From NCBI GenBank assembly GCA_905331295.1, contig CAJNYD010000224.1, forward strand, positions 186,001 through 213,794: a stretch of 27,794 nt of DNA. The letters run 5' to 3'. Below the pieces are notes generated by a model. That model was given only the letters and a program-made list of their open reading frames with translations. It was not told where the DNA came from and ran no database searches. The first letter of the stretch is position 1, and each line of letters starts with the position of its first letter. The position numbers and the translations under genes were made by a program. Below are positions 1-10,271 of the stretch, piece by piece. This DNA is from Rotaria socialis. Lineage: Eukaryota.

Positions 1-528
1 TAGTTAGTTTTTTTGTTGTTGTATCAAATAGATAGAAACTTCATAACTGAATAAATTATCATGCAACTAAATGAAATCCTATTGCTTTCGTGAATATACA
101 CAAGTGATAAATCAAGTCTTCGAGAAGAATTTTGTTTTAGGATTTGACACAAGAAACACAAAAGATATCAATCAACTCGCATATATTACGTTATTCATAA
201 ATCTAAATTTTATACCAATCAAGTCTGATAATAGAGCGAAAAAAATATCTAATTCACAAGATTCATAGAGAAAACCATTGTATGCAAACTGCTTGGAATA
301 AACAAGACTGGTATCTATCCATCTAGAAGTACTTCTGATAAAACATTTTGCGTAAGTTCTGTGATACAAAAACTAAAACGACTATGTATCTGTTTTATTT
401 ATTCTATTCATCTTATTGAACTCTTATTGAATGATAACAGCTATGTTTTTGCTGGTTAATAGTGGCCTCTTAGGATGATTCTTATTGGTTAAGGTTCTAT
501 AAAACATACCCAATAACACTATTACTAA

Positions 529-771
529 TTTCATATTATGATATAATTATTTTTCCTTTTTATCTTGCGATGTTTGAATTTTTCTGAATGAAAAATTCAA
601 AATGATATGCTTCGTCCGGGAATCGAACCCACGACACAACATCTGGTTAATCGAACCAGTGCTCTTACCATTGAGCTAGCGAACACTATTAAACATACCG
701 TTTTTTGTTTTTCATTCAGAAAAATTCAAACATCGATAGCTAAAAATGAAGAATAATTATATCATATGAAA
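529..771. mobile_element. MITE-like inverted-repeat element (~70 bp arms) enclosing a tRNA-like sequence
   Basis: 568-595 CGATGTTTGAATTTTTCTGAATGAAAAA is the exact reverse complement of 708-735 (28 bp). Imperfect pairing extends out to TTTCAT(ATT)ATGATATAATTAT at 529 and ATAATTATATCATATGAAA ending at 771. No TSD identified. Confidence 0.7.
608..685 (-). pseudogene. tRNA-like sequence (tRNA pseudogene or SINE-head-like Pol III cassette)
   Basis: Minus strand reads TGTTCGC TA GCTC AATGGTAA GAGC A CTGGT TCGATTA ACCAG ATGTTGTGTC GTGGG TTCGATT CCCGG ACGAAGC A. A box (TAGCTCAATGG), B box (GGTTCGATTCC), perfect D and anticodon stems and a T4 run 5 nt downstream are present. The acceptor stem pairs only 4 of 7, and the anticodon loop lacks U33 and R37. 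Confidence 0.7.
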
Positions 772-835
772 CATGTATAACTCCTTCTAACATCTATTAA
801 TGATAGTCAGTATACACAAGTTTTCTAGGTCCTAG

Positions 836-940
836 AAAATGAGCCAAACGAGTGAACCTAAAGTGCGCTACAATCCGATGCCTTTTAGAGCTCAGCGCGT
901 TGATAGTATCGCACTTTGGTTCACACATTAGGCGCATTTC
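836..940. repeat. Imperfect ~40 bp inverted repeat (hairpin or MITE relic)
   Basis: 836-875 AAAATGAGCCAAACGAGTGAACCTAAAGTGCGCTACAATC versus the reverse complement of 902-940, GAAATGCGCCTAATGTGTGAACCAAAGTGCGATACTATC. Flanked by TTTTCTAGG copies at about 821 and 951. Confidence 0.65.
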
Positions 941-1126
941 ATACGACCAGTTTTCTAGGCTCTTAGGGTTGTCACACTTGCATTTGAATATATTATTCAT
1001 TTCTCAATTGAAATAAGCTGTTTTTATTCGAGTTAAATATCCTGGGAAAACGTTAGTTTATTATGTACATATATATATATACAAAAATTATGTTTTCTAT
1101 TTTGAAAGATTTCAAAAACTACGGAA

Positions 1127-3909
1127 ATGTCGAAAGACGAAAATTTCAAAAATAAAGAAAAACAAGCAACGGACGACAGGGAACGTTTAGCTAATTCGTC
1201 AAGAGATAATGATGAAGAGAATATTAACCAGAATGTTGCAGAAAAAATGATTGATGAAGAATTTAAGAATAAAGAATTACCAGAAGATGATAAATCTGAT
1301 ACAGATACATTTGAAGAAGGAAACAAATTAGAAAAATTAGATGAAAAAAACAATGATATAAATGGATCATCTGTTAGAATTTTTCAATCCCTTGATTTAA
1401 AACCAAAACATCTTGGTCTTACTCGAACATTATTATTAGCTATGTTTGCTGCTTTGATTGGTACAGGCGCTCAATTTGGCTATGCGCTTGGCGTTATGAA
1501 TGCTCCATCAGAGGTAAAGATGATCCTAGAGAGAGAAAAAACATTCTTTGTTCATAGGCGTTTTCTTTGAATAGTTAATTAAAATTTATATAAACGAAAT
1601 TTATATAAAACGTTATAATTCAACAATAAGTCCATATCATCAAGATATTCTTTATTCAACAGCTATATCTGTTGTTGCACTTGGAGGAATGTTTGGTGGT
1701 CTTTCAGCTATACCATTGAGTAATCGATTTGGTCGGTAAGTTAATTAAGACTTTCTATTAGAGAAAAGTTTATTTTGCTTCGATATTTACGCAAGTCATA
1801 GATTTTGAGTGGCAAGTTCTTTGAGTAAAAATCAATTAAAAAACTATGATAAAACATGATTGAATACTATCTAGAGTAAGATGAACTAACGTTATTTTTC
1901 TATTCGTCAAGATGCCTGTCAGGAGAACCCATATCGGATTCAAATTATTCTGTAAAAATAAATTAATGCGTTTACTAGTTTGCAACAAAATCGATTCAAG
2001 CGTGTTTCACAATTGAATCATATAGGAAGTGCGTGAATAGGTTCTCTGCAATAAGATGAATAGGAATATTTTTTATCTATTTTGCGAGCAATGTTGAATA
2101 TGTTATGTTTATTTAATTGGTTTCATTCAGAGAGTACAACACGCTACCACCTTTCACAATTTATGAAGCTTGCTAATTTATTCAGGGAATCAGAAAAACC
2201 TCGAAAGCAAGGTTTTCTCTGCGTTAGTATCTATAGTAGAGAAATTTTCACTCTGTCTTGTCGCTTCAATTCGAGCAGTAGATTGGAAAGGAAATATTTA
2301 GCATATTTTTAGACAATTGAAGTACGCGGGACCTACACTACGAAAGAAATTGTCCCATCTTGGCCTAAAGGTAATAGTCAAGAGTTTTTGTTCGCATGCA
2401 ATCCTAATCAATTCTGCAGTAGACATATCAGAATCGAGACTGAAATTTGCACCACTTGCTACGGAATCCTTGTACGCGAAACGTTTGCCACTTGCCATCA
2501 AACCAAGGACAAGTATTCACATAGTAGGTGAAAGTATTTGACTTGTACGTTAAAAACATTGCCTTTGCACTTTTATTTTGACTTGAAAAAGTACGAACAG
2601 TGCAAGTAAACATATTTTTAGTCAGTACAAATATAAATATTTCAAGTAAAAGTATTTGATTTGTACTTTTTCTTTAACTTGAAGAAGTACGAGTACAAAT
2701 ACGTTCATCTCATGCATTTTTAATTATTTTTTTCTAGAAAAACTAGTTTACTTTTAAATAACTTTCCAGTCATTATTGGTTCTATTTTGATGGTATTGAG
2801 CAAAAATATAGCTTCATTTGAGGTATTTATAGTGGGAAGAATACTAATTGGATTTTCCGCAGGTTAGCTATTTGTCTTTATATCACGTGGGAAAATTCCT
2901 CTTTTTCTTGAAAAAAGGTTTTGGAGCAACTGTTGGACCTATCTATGTAAATGAAATTGCTCCATTACGTGTACGTGGTTCACTTGGTGCTTGTTTTCAA
3001 TTGTTTATAGCATTTGCTGTACTACTAGCTCAAATACTAGGATTAGATATTATCTTAGGTCGCCAACATTTATGGAACTATCTTTTTGGTTTGTTCCTTC
3101 GCATTTGTATATTATTCGCTTTTTCATTGTATTTAAATAGCTATACCAATTATCTTCAGTGTACTACAATGTACTCTATTGATATTTACACATGAAACAC
3201 CAACAATTCTTTTACAGAAGAAACGCCGCCGAGCAGCTACACGAGGTTTTCTTATTAATTTAATTCATCGGAACCACAAAGATGAATTTCTATTTAGCAC
3301 TTAAATGGTTTCGTCGGGAAAAAAGTGATGACGATATTCAGGAAGAAATTCATGCAATGGAAGCAGACGTTCGAAATGTGCAAACGAATGCAACAAAAGT
3401 AATAGAGAGAAAAAAATAAACCGAGAAGGATAAAATAGTATCGTCTATCCATTAGGTATCAATACGTGATCTATGGTCGAAGCCTCTGCTGCGTAAATGT
3501 ATTCTGATATTGACCATGACTCATATTGCGCAACATTTTACTGGCAGCTGTGTCGTATGTTATGTTTTGCCCTAAATAATTGTGACCAAAATAGAACTTG
3601 CCTTTCTTTTTATGCACTAGATCTTTTTCTTTGGAGATATTATTCTCACGCGTGCAAATCTAAAAATGGAATATGCATCATATGCAATGCTTTCAAATGG
3701 AATTGCATATTTGGCTGCAGCTATATCATTAATTTTTATTGTCGATAAAATTGGACGTCGATCGCTTTTACTTTGTAGGTCATTAGAAAAAGAGAAGCTT
3801 GCTTTCGATTTAGAAAAGCTGGTACTTTTTCTATCTAATTATAGATGGTTTAATTGGTACGGCCGCAACATCTTGTGTTATTGGTGTTACAATTTTTAAA
3901 TCAAGAAAT
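1127..3909 (+). CDS. Facilitated sugar transporter (MFS sugar-porter, SLC2A/GLUT-like); 3' exons (TM10-12) not visible
   Basis: GT-AG exons 1127-1513, 1575-1735, 2738-2862, 2918-3088, 3141-3245, 3298-3398, 3456-3554, 3621-3774 and 3845-3909 join in frame (456 aa). Motifs: QFGYALGVMNAP, NRFGRK, GRILIG, IYVNEIAPLRVRGSLG, FQL, HETP (PESP-like), DKIGRRSLLL. The last visible exon ends at a GTAAGT donor. Confidence 0.92.
2510..2712. repeat. Degenerate AAGTA(C/T)/TGACTTG-rich repeat relic in GLUT intron 2
   Basis: Recurring AAGTATTTGA(C/T)TTGTAC (about 2532 and 2651), ACTTGAA(A/G)AAGTACGA (about 2581 and 2677) and AGTACAAATA, inside a 1002-nt intron where the other introns are 50-70 nt. Confidence 0.45.
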
Positions 3910-3977
3910 GTAAGTTTGCAGTATACAATTTATAGATGTTCTTTTTCACTCATTGCTAATGAAATTATCATCATAAG

Positions 3978-4430
3978 TTATTGTGTACTCCAAAAAAAAT
4001 GAGTACACTCTAGATTCGGTCAGTGTGTTTGGCCGGCCGGCCGTTAACACGATAACTTTTGAAAACCTCATCCAATTGTCATGAAATTTTGTAGACAGAA
4101 TGATCTCATCAATATCTCAGTCGAGTTCGAAGATGAAAGTAATCTGTGAAGAAATGGGTGAGTTATCAAAAAAATCGTCATTATTGACTAGACCACCCCT
4201 GAGAGAGGGGGGGGGCACAGGGATTTTTTTCAAAAAAACGTTTTTTTCTCAGAATTATTCACAACATATATAAATCGACTCAGTTTTTAACGCTGATTCC
4301 GAATCTGATACTAGTTTTTTGAACTGAATCGTAGCTTTCTAACGAAACATCGCCTGAAAACGGTCGCAAAATGCACAAAAACTGCATCCAGAAACCAAAG
4401 TGCCTAATTTCTCATGGTAATTTTGGTGTT
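3978..4430 (+). mobile_element. Helentron-associated (HINE/DINE-1-like) non-autonomous element, 5' part
   Basis: TT start, 5' hairpin GTGTACTC-N10-GAGTACAC (3983-4008), then TAGATTCG, a short GGCC microsatellite, AACACGATAACT and CCAATTGTCATGAAATTT. This order resembles my recollection of the DINE-1/HINE layout. The 3' boundary is uncertain. Confidence 0.55.
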
Positions 4431-4629
4431 CAGACCAGAGACCGTCACAGGGCATGGCAAAATGTTTTGCCCTGCGCCCTGATGATTTTTCCTATAAACT
4501 GATATACAGCAGATTTTTCAGTCGATTATGCTGACATGGTGATGGATTATAATGTATGTCATTATGCGCCAGTCACTGTGAAATTTGTTACTATGTCTAG
4601 TTCGGACAATACCAGTTTACTCATTTATT

Positions 4630-5105
4630 NNNNNNNNNNNNNNNNNNNNNNNNNNNNNNNNNNNNNNNNNNNNNNNNNNNNNNNNNNNNNNNNNNNNNNN
4701 NNNNNNNNNNNNNNNNNNNNNNNNNNNNNNNNNNNNNNNNNNNNNNNNNNNNNNNNNNNNNNNNNNNNNNNNNNNNNNNNNNNNNNNNNNNNNNNNNNNN
4801 NNNNNNNNNNNNNNNNNNNNNNNNNNNNNNNNNNNNNNNNNNNNNNNNNNNNNNNNNNNNNNNNNNNNNNNNNNNNNNNNNNNNNNNNNNNNNNNNNNNN
4901 NNNNNNNNNNNNNNNNNNNNNNNNNNNNNNNNNNNNNNNNNNNNNNNNNNNNNNNNNNNNNNNNNNNNNNNNNNNNNNNNNNNNNNNNNNNNNNNNNNNN
5001 NNNNNNNNNNNNNNNNNNNNNNNNNNNNNNNNNNNNNNNNNNNNNNNNNNNNNNNNNNNNNNNNNNNNNNNNNNNNNNNNNNNNNNNNNNNNNNNNNNNN
5101 NNNNN
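4630..5105. other. Assembly gap (476 N)
   Basis: Run of N. ORFs spanning it are artefacts. Confidence 1.
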
Positions 5106-5699
5106 GAAAACGCTTCAATTGAAGTTCGTTAACAATGTTGTTCCATACTTGTCACAAGCCATATTCGTTTTTCTACGGTTTGGCACACTGAAAACAAAAA
5201 AGGTACCAAGCGAAACCTTCGAGGTTTCGTGGAATTATACGAAATCTGTACAGGGTTCAACAAAATGCAAGGTTTTGTGATATACTTCTAAGAGTTTTGA
5301 AATTTAAATAGGTTTCTTTGTGAACTATTTCGAATTTGTGACTTACAATAGGTTTCGTCATAAACCCTTTTGAGTTTTGCATCCCAACAGGTTTGTTAAA
5401 ATGCCTCGCGAAGAGAACGTGTTCATGGCATATCGTAAAAAAACAAAGCGACCTATCTCGGCATCGCATATAACAGCACAACTACATGACTATCCAGGTT
5501 GACTAATCCGAGGAAATTCAATTGGACTCTGCGTTTCGAAATTATTGACGGAACCGACGGGAGAATTAAAAAAAATGATCAAAATTCTATTTAGTGCAAA
5601 AAAAAGCTAACGAATGGAACTTTGCTCGATTATCAATATTGTTCATANATGATCAAAATTCTATTTAGTGCAAAAAAAAGCTTTTTAGAGATTGACTAT

Positions 5700-5823
5700 A
5701 GCAGACTTATTTGGCGTATCGGATCCCAGAGTAGGGTACGATCGGATATGCATTGGATTCCGATCCGAGGTAGCCCGTCTTCAGATCCGATTGGATCCAG
5801 TTGTAGGAATGAACGACCTGGGT
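5700..5823. mobile_element. GATCC/CGGAT-rich MITE fragment ending GACCTGGG
   Basis: Repeated TCGGAT/ATCCGA/GGATCC motifs. The terminus GAACGACCTGGG is the reverse complement of a CCCAGGTCG end like the one at 7547. Confidence 0.5.
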
Positions 5824-6297
5824 AATCATACAATCAACTGGTGCTTTCACAGTTTCATTCAATCGGTTTTCATTAAATATCATTGACAGATTTCTGAACT
5901 CATCCTAGAAAATTTTTTATTGCATTCATCACTAACTGTTTTCTGTCATCAGATTCCAGCGGTTATGATAAAGAACGTGCAACATATTTATTGGTTGTCT
6001 TTTATCGGAGTATAATTACAACAATGCTATATTTTTTGTTAAGATTATTCTTTTGTTTTACACTGAACTAATTAATTTAGATTAGATCTTCGATCCAGTA
6101 TCTACTATATTTCAATTATTGTCACAAAAACAATTGCTGAATCTATAACAACTATTTGATGTGCGTATATTATTTCTTTTTTTCTTCACATCCCATTCAT
6201 TTCTTTATTTAGTGTTGATTCAAGTTTTGAAATTTGGCTACATAATATGCACGTACATCATATCACACTTAAACTATACTTTTTCGTATTAAAGGTT

Positions 6298-6600
6298 AGT
6301 TACCATAAGCATTAATCAATTCATTTATTCTCTATTTAGATTCTTGGAACCATTCTATCATTGATAACGTACCATTAGAATTATCTAATTCGTTTATTTT
6401 CTATTTAGATTTTAGGAAGAATTCTATTATTCTTAAGTTACCATTAGAATTAATCAATTAATTCATTCTCTACTTAGATTGATGAAGAATTCTATGATTC
6501 GGAAGGTACTAGTATAATTAATATATTCGAATATTTACTATTTAGGTTCTTGGCAGCAGTGGTATTATTTTCATTAACTTACCAACAGAATCAATCATTT
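6298..6600. repeat. Degenerate 69-bp tandem repeat, ~4.3 units
   Basis: CTA(T/C)TTAG at 6332, 6401, 6470 and 6538 (spacing 69, 69, 68), with TACCATTAGAATTA and ATTCTAT recurring in register. Confidence 0.85.
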
Positions 6601-7145
6601 TTTTCATAAAGCTCAGGCAAAAGAATAACATCCTTTGTGGATGTGGGTGCTATTCCAAAAGGAATTATCTGTATTGACTTGTTCCCGGTTTGATAGGGTG
6701 GATAGTGTAGCCGTTCCCATGAGAAGAAACTAAAAAGTTCTTGTCTTTTCGGTTTCGATGAGAGAGTCTAAGTACTAATATAGTGGACGTTATGTTGTAT
6801 AGCTCAATAGATGACAATCGGAATTGTAGTGATAGAGTCGCGAGAAGATACGTTAAACAGATTGGGATCGTCAGTGCTTTTGTTGTTGAGAGAGCTGCGA
6901 AAGCAGAGATTTATACATGAGTCTTGTATTGAATAGTGGTGTAAACTGCATTTGTAGTAGAGTATACTATTCAGCGAAACCTTTCTCCGATACTGCGTAG
7001 CTTATTTTATGGAACGCGAAGAGCGAAACCCTTTTTTTATAGGGGATAAAATTATTGTCTTTTACGAAACTTAAAAGGGTTTCGATTTCGTTGCAAAAAT
7101 CGGAACCTTTTTAGGTTTCGTGTGAGACCCTTTTTGTTTTCAGTG

Positions 7146-7320
7146 TAGAATAGGAGTTCGGTTGAGAGCAGCACTATTGACCCAAATTATCCTTTTCTTG
7201 CGTCAGAAATCTTTACATCGATCATCAAACTCCAAAAAATCATATTATCAAATATATTCCTTACACAGAAAAGGAATAAACGGGGTCAATAATGCTGTTC
7301 TTAATTAGTTTACCACTCTA
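7146..7320. mobile_element. MITE with ~50 bp imperfect inverted arms
   Basis: AGAGCAGCACTATTGACCCAAATTATCCTTTTCT versus the reverse complement of the right arm, AGAACAGCATTATTGACCCCGTTTATTCCTTTTCT. Both ends begin TAGA. Confidence 0.7.
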
Positions 7321-7546
7321 CTTCAAGATAATATAAACAAATCAACTCATCTTGAATTTCATACTTTCCGATGCCCAGAAAGGCCGCTGTAAAGTTCTGC
7401 TTTACAGAACTCGATACGCAAAGTTAAGACGTCAGAGTTGCATGAGTATCATCGCAAACTCTTTCTATTATTTCAAATTCGCCTAAATTAAGGTCGACTC
7501 TCCCAGAATTATCGTTCGGAACGGGTTCAAAATGCTCTTTCTAGTT

Positions 7547-7785
7547 TCCAGGTCGAACATTCCGGTCGTGAAAACGGTCGGTTCTGTGGTATTCCGGTGA
7601 CCGGACTTATCCGGTTCCGGCCAGAATCGACAGGAACCTGTCAAAACTGGTAGCCGGATACGGTTTCCGGATTCCTGCATCGAATTCCGGACAATTCCCG
7701 GCGGGTTCCGATCGGAAACAGCGAGTTTCTTGCATTTTTTCGCCGGAAATTCACGGAATACTGCTTCAGGAGTCATTTTCCTGGG
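7547..7785. mobile_element. CCGG-rich MITE with (T/C)CCAGG...CCTGGG ends
   Basis: GC-rich island with many TTCCGG/CCGGAA motifs. Termini TCCAGG (7547) and CCTGGG (7785) are both flanked by TT, a candidate 2-bp TSD, CMC-like. Confidence 0.65.
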
Positions 7786-7935
7786 TTGCTAATCTTAGCT
7801 ACAGAGCTTAAGACTCTAGGGAAGGAATGATGGGACATTCAAAATGTAACAGGAGGATACCAAACGAACAACCTTACTTCATTGGCTTTACATAAGACAC
7901 AAATGGAAAATATTTCAATGAATTAACCAGACTTG

Positions 7936-9705
7936 CACTGTAAAAAAATAGGTATTTTACCGTACTTTTAAGGTTCGGCACTTTTCTACGAAACGATTTT
8001 AAGTTCGGTGGTAAAAAAATCGTTTCGCAATTTTCCGACAGACCTTTTTTAAGTTCCGAAAACTTTAGAGGGTTTCGGCGTTTTTCTACGAAACCCTTTC
8101 AAAGTTCAGCTCATCATGTGCTGAACCTTGATAGTTTCGTATTGTTGATACAAAACCGTTGACAGTTCCGTAGACCGCCTGAAGGTTTCGTCTAAACTTT
8201 ACGGAGCCACTCATAGTTTCGTACCTACTTCATTAGTACTGCACATATTGCACGAAACTGGGTATGGTTTTGTAAGAGATATACCGATCCATTATATCGC
8301 TTAGGAAATTATGAATAGTTCCCTACAACGCGTACAGAACGCTTTGATATTTTACGAAACTTTCAATGGTTTTGTAAAATGCGTGCGTAACCTATATAAC
8401 TTGTATGAACCGAATCATGGTTCCGTATCAGATACAAAACCTTTCGACGCTTTACGAAACCGCTAATAGTTTTGTAACATTAACGCAAAACCTTCAGATT
8501 ATTGGCGAAAGTTTGAGTGGCTGTGTATAAGGTATACCAAACAATTAGATTATGTACTGAACTTTTTAATGGTTTCGTATGAGATATACCAAACCTTCAC
8601 ATGACGGGCGAAATTACTATTGGTTTCGTAGCATGTATAAGAAACCATTATATGACTTTCGAAACTATCAATAGTTTTGAAAAATGTGTGTGAAGCCTTC
8701 GCAACACATACAGAACTATATATGGACCCACACCCTCACATATACGTAACCTTTCAACACTCTAAGAATCTGCTGACTGTTTTGTGTGAGATATACGGAA
8801 CCCCTAAGTGTCTTCCAAAATGACATGTAGTTTTGGAAAGCGCATGCGGAACCTGTACAAGACTTACGAAACTCCATATGGCTCCACCACGTGTTTACTG
8901 ACCCTTCAGGTAACTAGCGCAAGTGTTAATGGTTTTGTGTGGGATATACTGAGCCATTAGATATTTTACTAAACTTTGAACGGTTCCGTATCAGATAGAC
9001 CAAACCTTTATATGATCTGCGAAACTACCCATAGTTTCATAAACCGTGTGCAAAACTTTTACGGCACTCACAGAACTATTCATAGTCTCGTAAAGGATCT
9101 AAGAAACCATTGGATGATCTACGAAACTCTCCATGGCTTCGTAGCAGGTCTACGGAACCTTTTAGTGTTCTTCGAAACTACGAATGACTTCGTACAATCA
9201 ATAGAAAGCCATTACTCAGCCTTCGAAACTATCGACCGTTAGATACTATATGTCCTAAACCTCCAGATCAGTTGCAGAACTGTTAAAGGTTTGGCAATCG
9301 ATGCATTGAGCATTAGTTGATTTATCAAACTCTTTACGGATTCGTATAAAGTATGCAGAACCATTATACGAACTACGAAACTGTCGACGGATGAGTATCA
9401 TATACACGGAGCTTTTGTATATTCTACGAAACTTTGAACAGTTTCGTAGAGTCTATACGAAATCGTAATATAGTTTTCGAAACTATCATCGGTTTCGTAT
9501 AATGTAAACAGAACCTTTATACGAGTTGGAGAACTAATGCTGACGTCATATTATATCTACTGAACCTTTAGATGTTCTACGGAACCAAAAATGGTTTCTT
9601 ACAATGTACATATATAAAATCATTAACGAATCTATGAAATTATAGAAGACTTCGTATAAAAAGATACCGAATCTTTTATGCTTTCGAAGCTACTCATAGT
9701 TCGGC
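7936..9705 (+). mobile_element. Left arm of a second CACTG-ended element with a long subterminal repeat field; right end not found
   Basis: Starts CACTGTAAAAAAATAGGT, related to the 5186 terminus, followed by the same CGAAAC/GTTTCG motifs, first at ~30-32 bp spacing and then at 51 bp. Confidence 0.6.
8150..9705. repeat. ~31-unit array with 51-bp period, conserved motifs and divergent spacers
   Basis: Unit-start motif at 8151, 8202, 8253, 8304, 8355 ... 8867, 8918, 8969, 9020, 9071, 9122, 9173, 9224, 9275 ... 9376, 9427, 9478, 9529, 9580. Approximate consensus ACGAAACT-N4-ATGGTTTCGTA-N7-TACGGAACC-N12. Confidence 0.9.
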
Positions 9706-10271
9706 TATTCAGCTAATAGCTCTTTTTTATTTCACGATATTTGTGATAATTTCACAAAAACAGGTTGAATTTTAACATTCTCGAATACATACTGTTGCAA
9801 TTTGATCAAGCTTTCATACAATCACTATGTTTCCTTTGAAAGCATATGCAGTCATGTGGAATATCGAAAACTTCTTGATTATTCATTCAGTTACGAATGT
9901 TTCAATCTTCACTGTTTTACTTATCCTTAAAATACACATCAACACAACGATATAAAAAAAAGTACCATCGGGTCTATCAGCGAACACTGAAAGTCTAGGA
10001 AGGAAATATTGAAGAAGTGTCTGTGGCAATATCTAATGCATAAACAACATAACACGATCAAAGGATGGCAGAATCCACATGATCATAACGATAATACTAA
10101 GTTTAATTACATACGTATGTAGACAGTGATTAGTCGAGTTTCAAAAGATAAATAAATAACGTCTAGTACTAAACGAAACAAGAAAACAACATTTTGATTT
10201 CAGTTGATTATTTGGCTTATTTGTTTACGCTTGTTACAAAAACTTCATAGCTACTCAGAGATGCTAGATAA

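Larger units (their letters stand above)
5186..7145. mobile_element. Non-autonomous CACTG-ended (CACTA/EnSpm, CMC-like) DNA element, ~1.96 kb
   Basis: Left end CACTGAAAACAAAAAAGGT (5186) matches the reverse complement of the right end, CACTGAAAACAAAAAGGGT (ending 7145), at 18 of 19. Both ends carry subterminal CGAAAC..GTTTCG motifs. Flanks are CA and TA (imperfect 2-bp TSD). No transposase ORF. Confidence 0.75.

Noticed and set aside
608..685. Functional tRNA-Ile(GAT)
   Set aside because: Acceptor stem pairs 4 of 7, the T-stem has a mismatch, the loop lacks U33 and purine 37, and the variable region is an unpaired 10 nt.
2082..2613. Short ORFs within GLUT intron 2
   Set aside because: Overlapping on both strands, mostly non-ATG starts, no recognisable domain; probably an old insertion.
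4536..5280. Three long ORFs in the track
   Set aside because: They are open only because they cross the N gap.
5575..5682. 34-bp exact direct repeat ATGATCAAAATTCTATTTAGTGCAAAAAAAAGCT
   Set aside because: The second copy starts immediately after a single N (5648), typical of a contig-join overlap or a collapsed allelic difference rather than a biological TSD.
7483..7776. 97-aa minus-strand ORF
   Set aside because: Coincides with the GC-rich MITE, where stop codons are rare by composition.
8976..9242. 88-aa ORF suggesting a 17-aa protein repeat
   Set aside because: The same frame has TAG and TAA in the unit just upstream and a stop at 9240; several units have lengths not divisible by 3. The ORF is probably a by-product of the period.
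8150..9705. Calling the 51-bp array a CRISPR array
   Set aside because: No identical 23-47 bp repeat, variable segments only 4-12 nt, no cas genes, eukaryotic context, and the same motifs occur at the ends of the neighbouring CACTG element.
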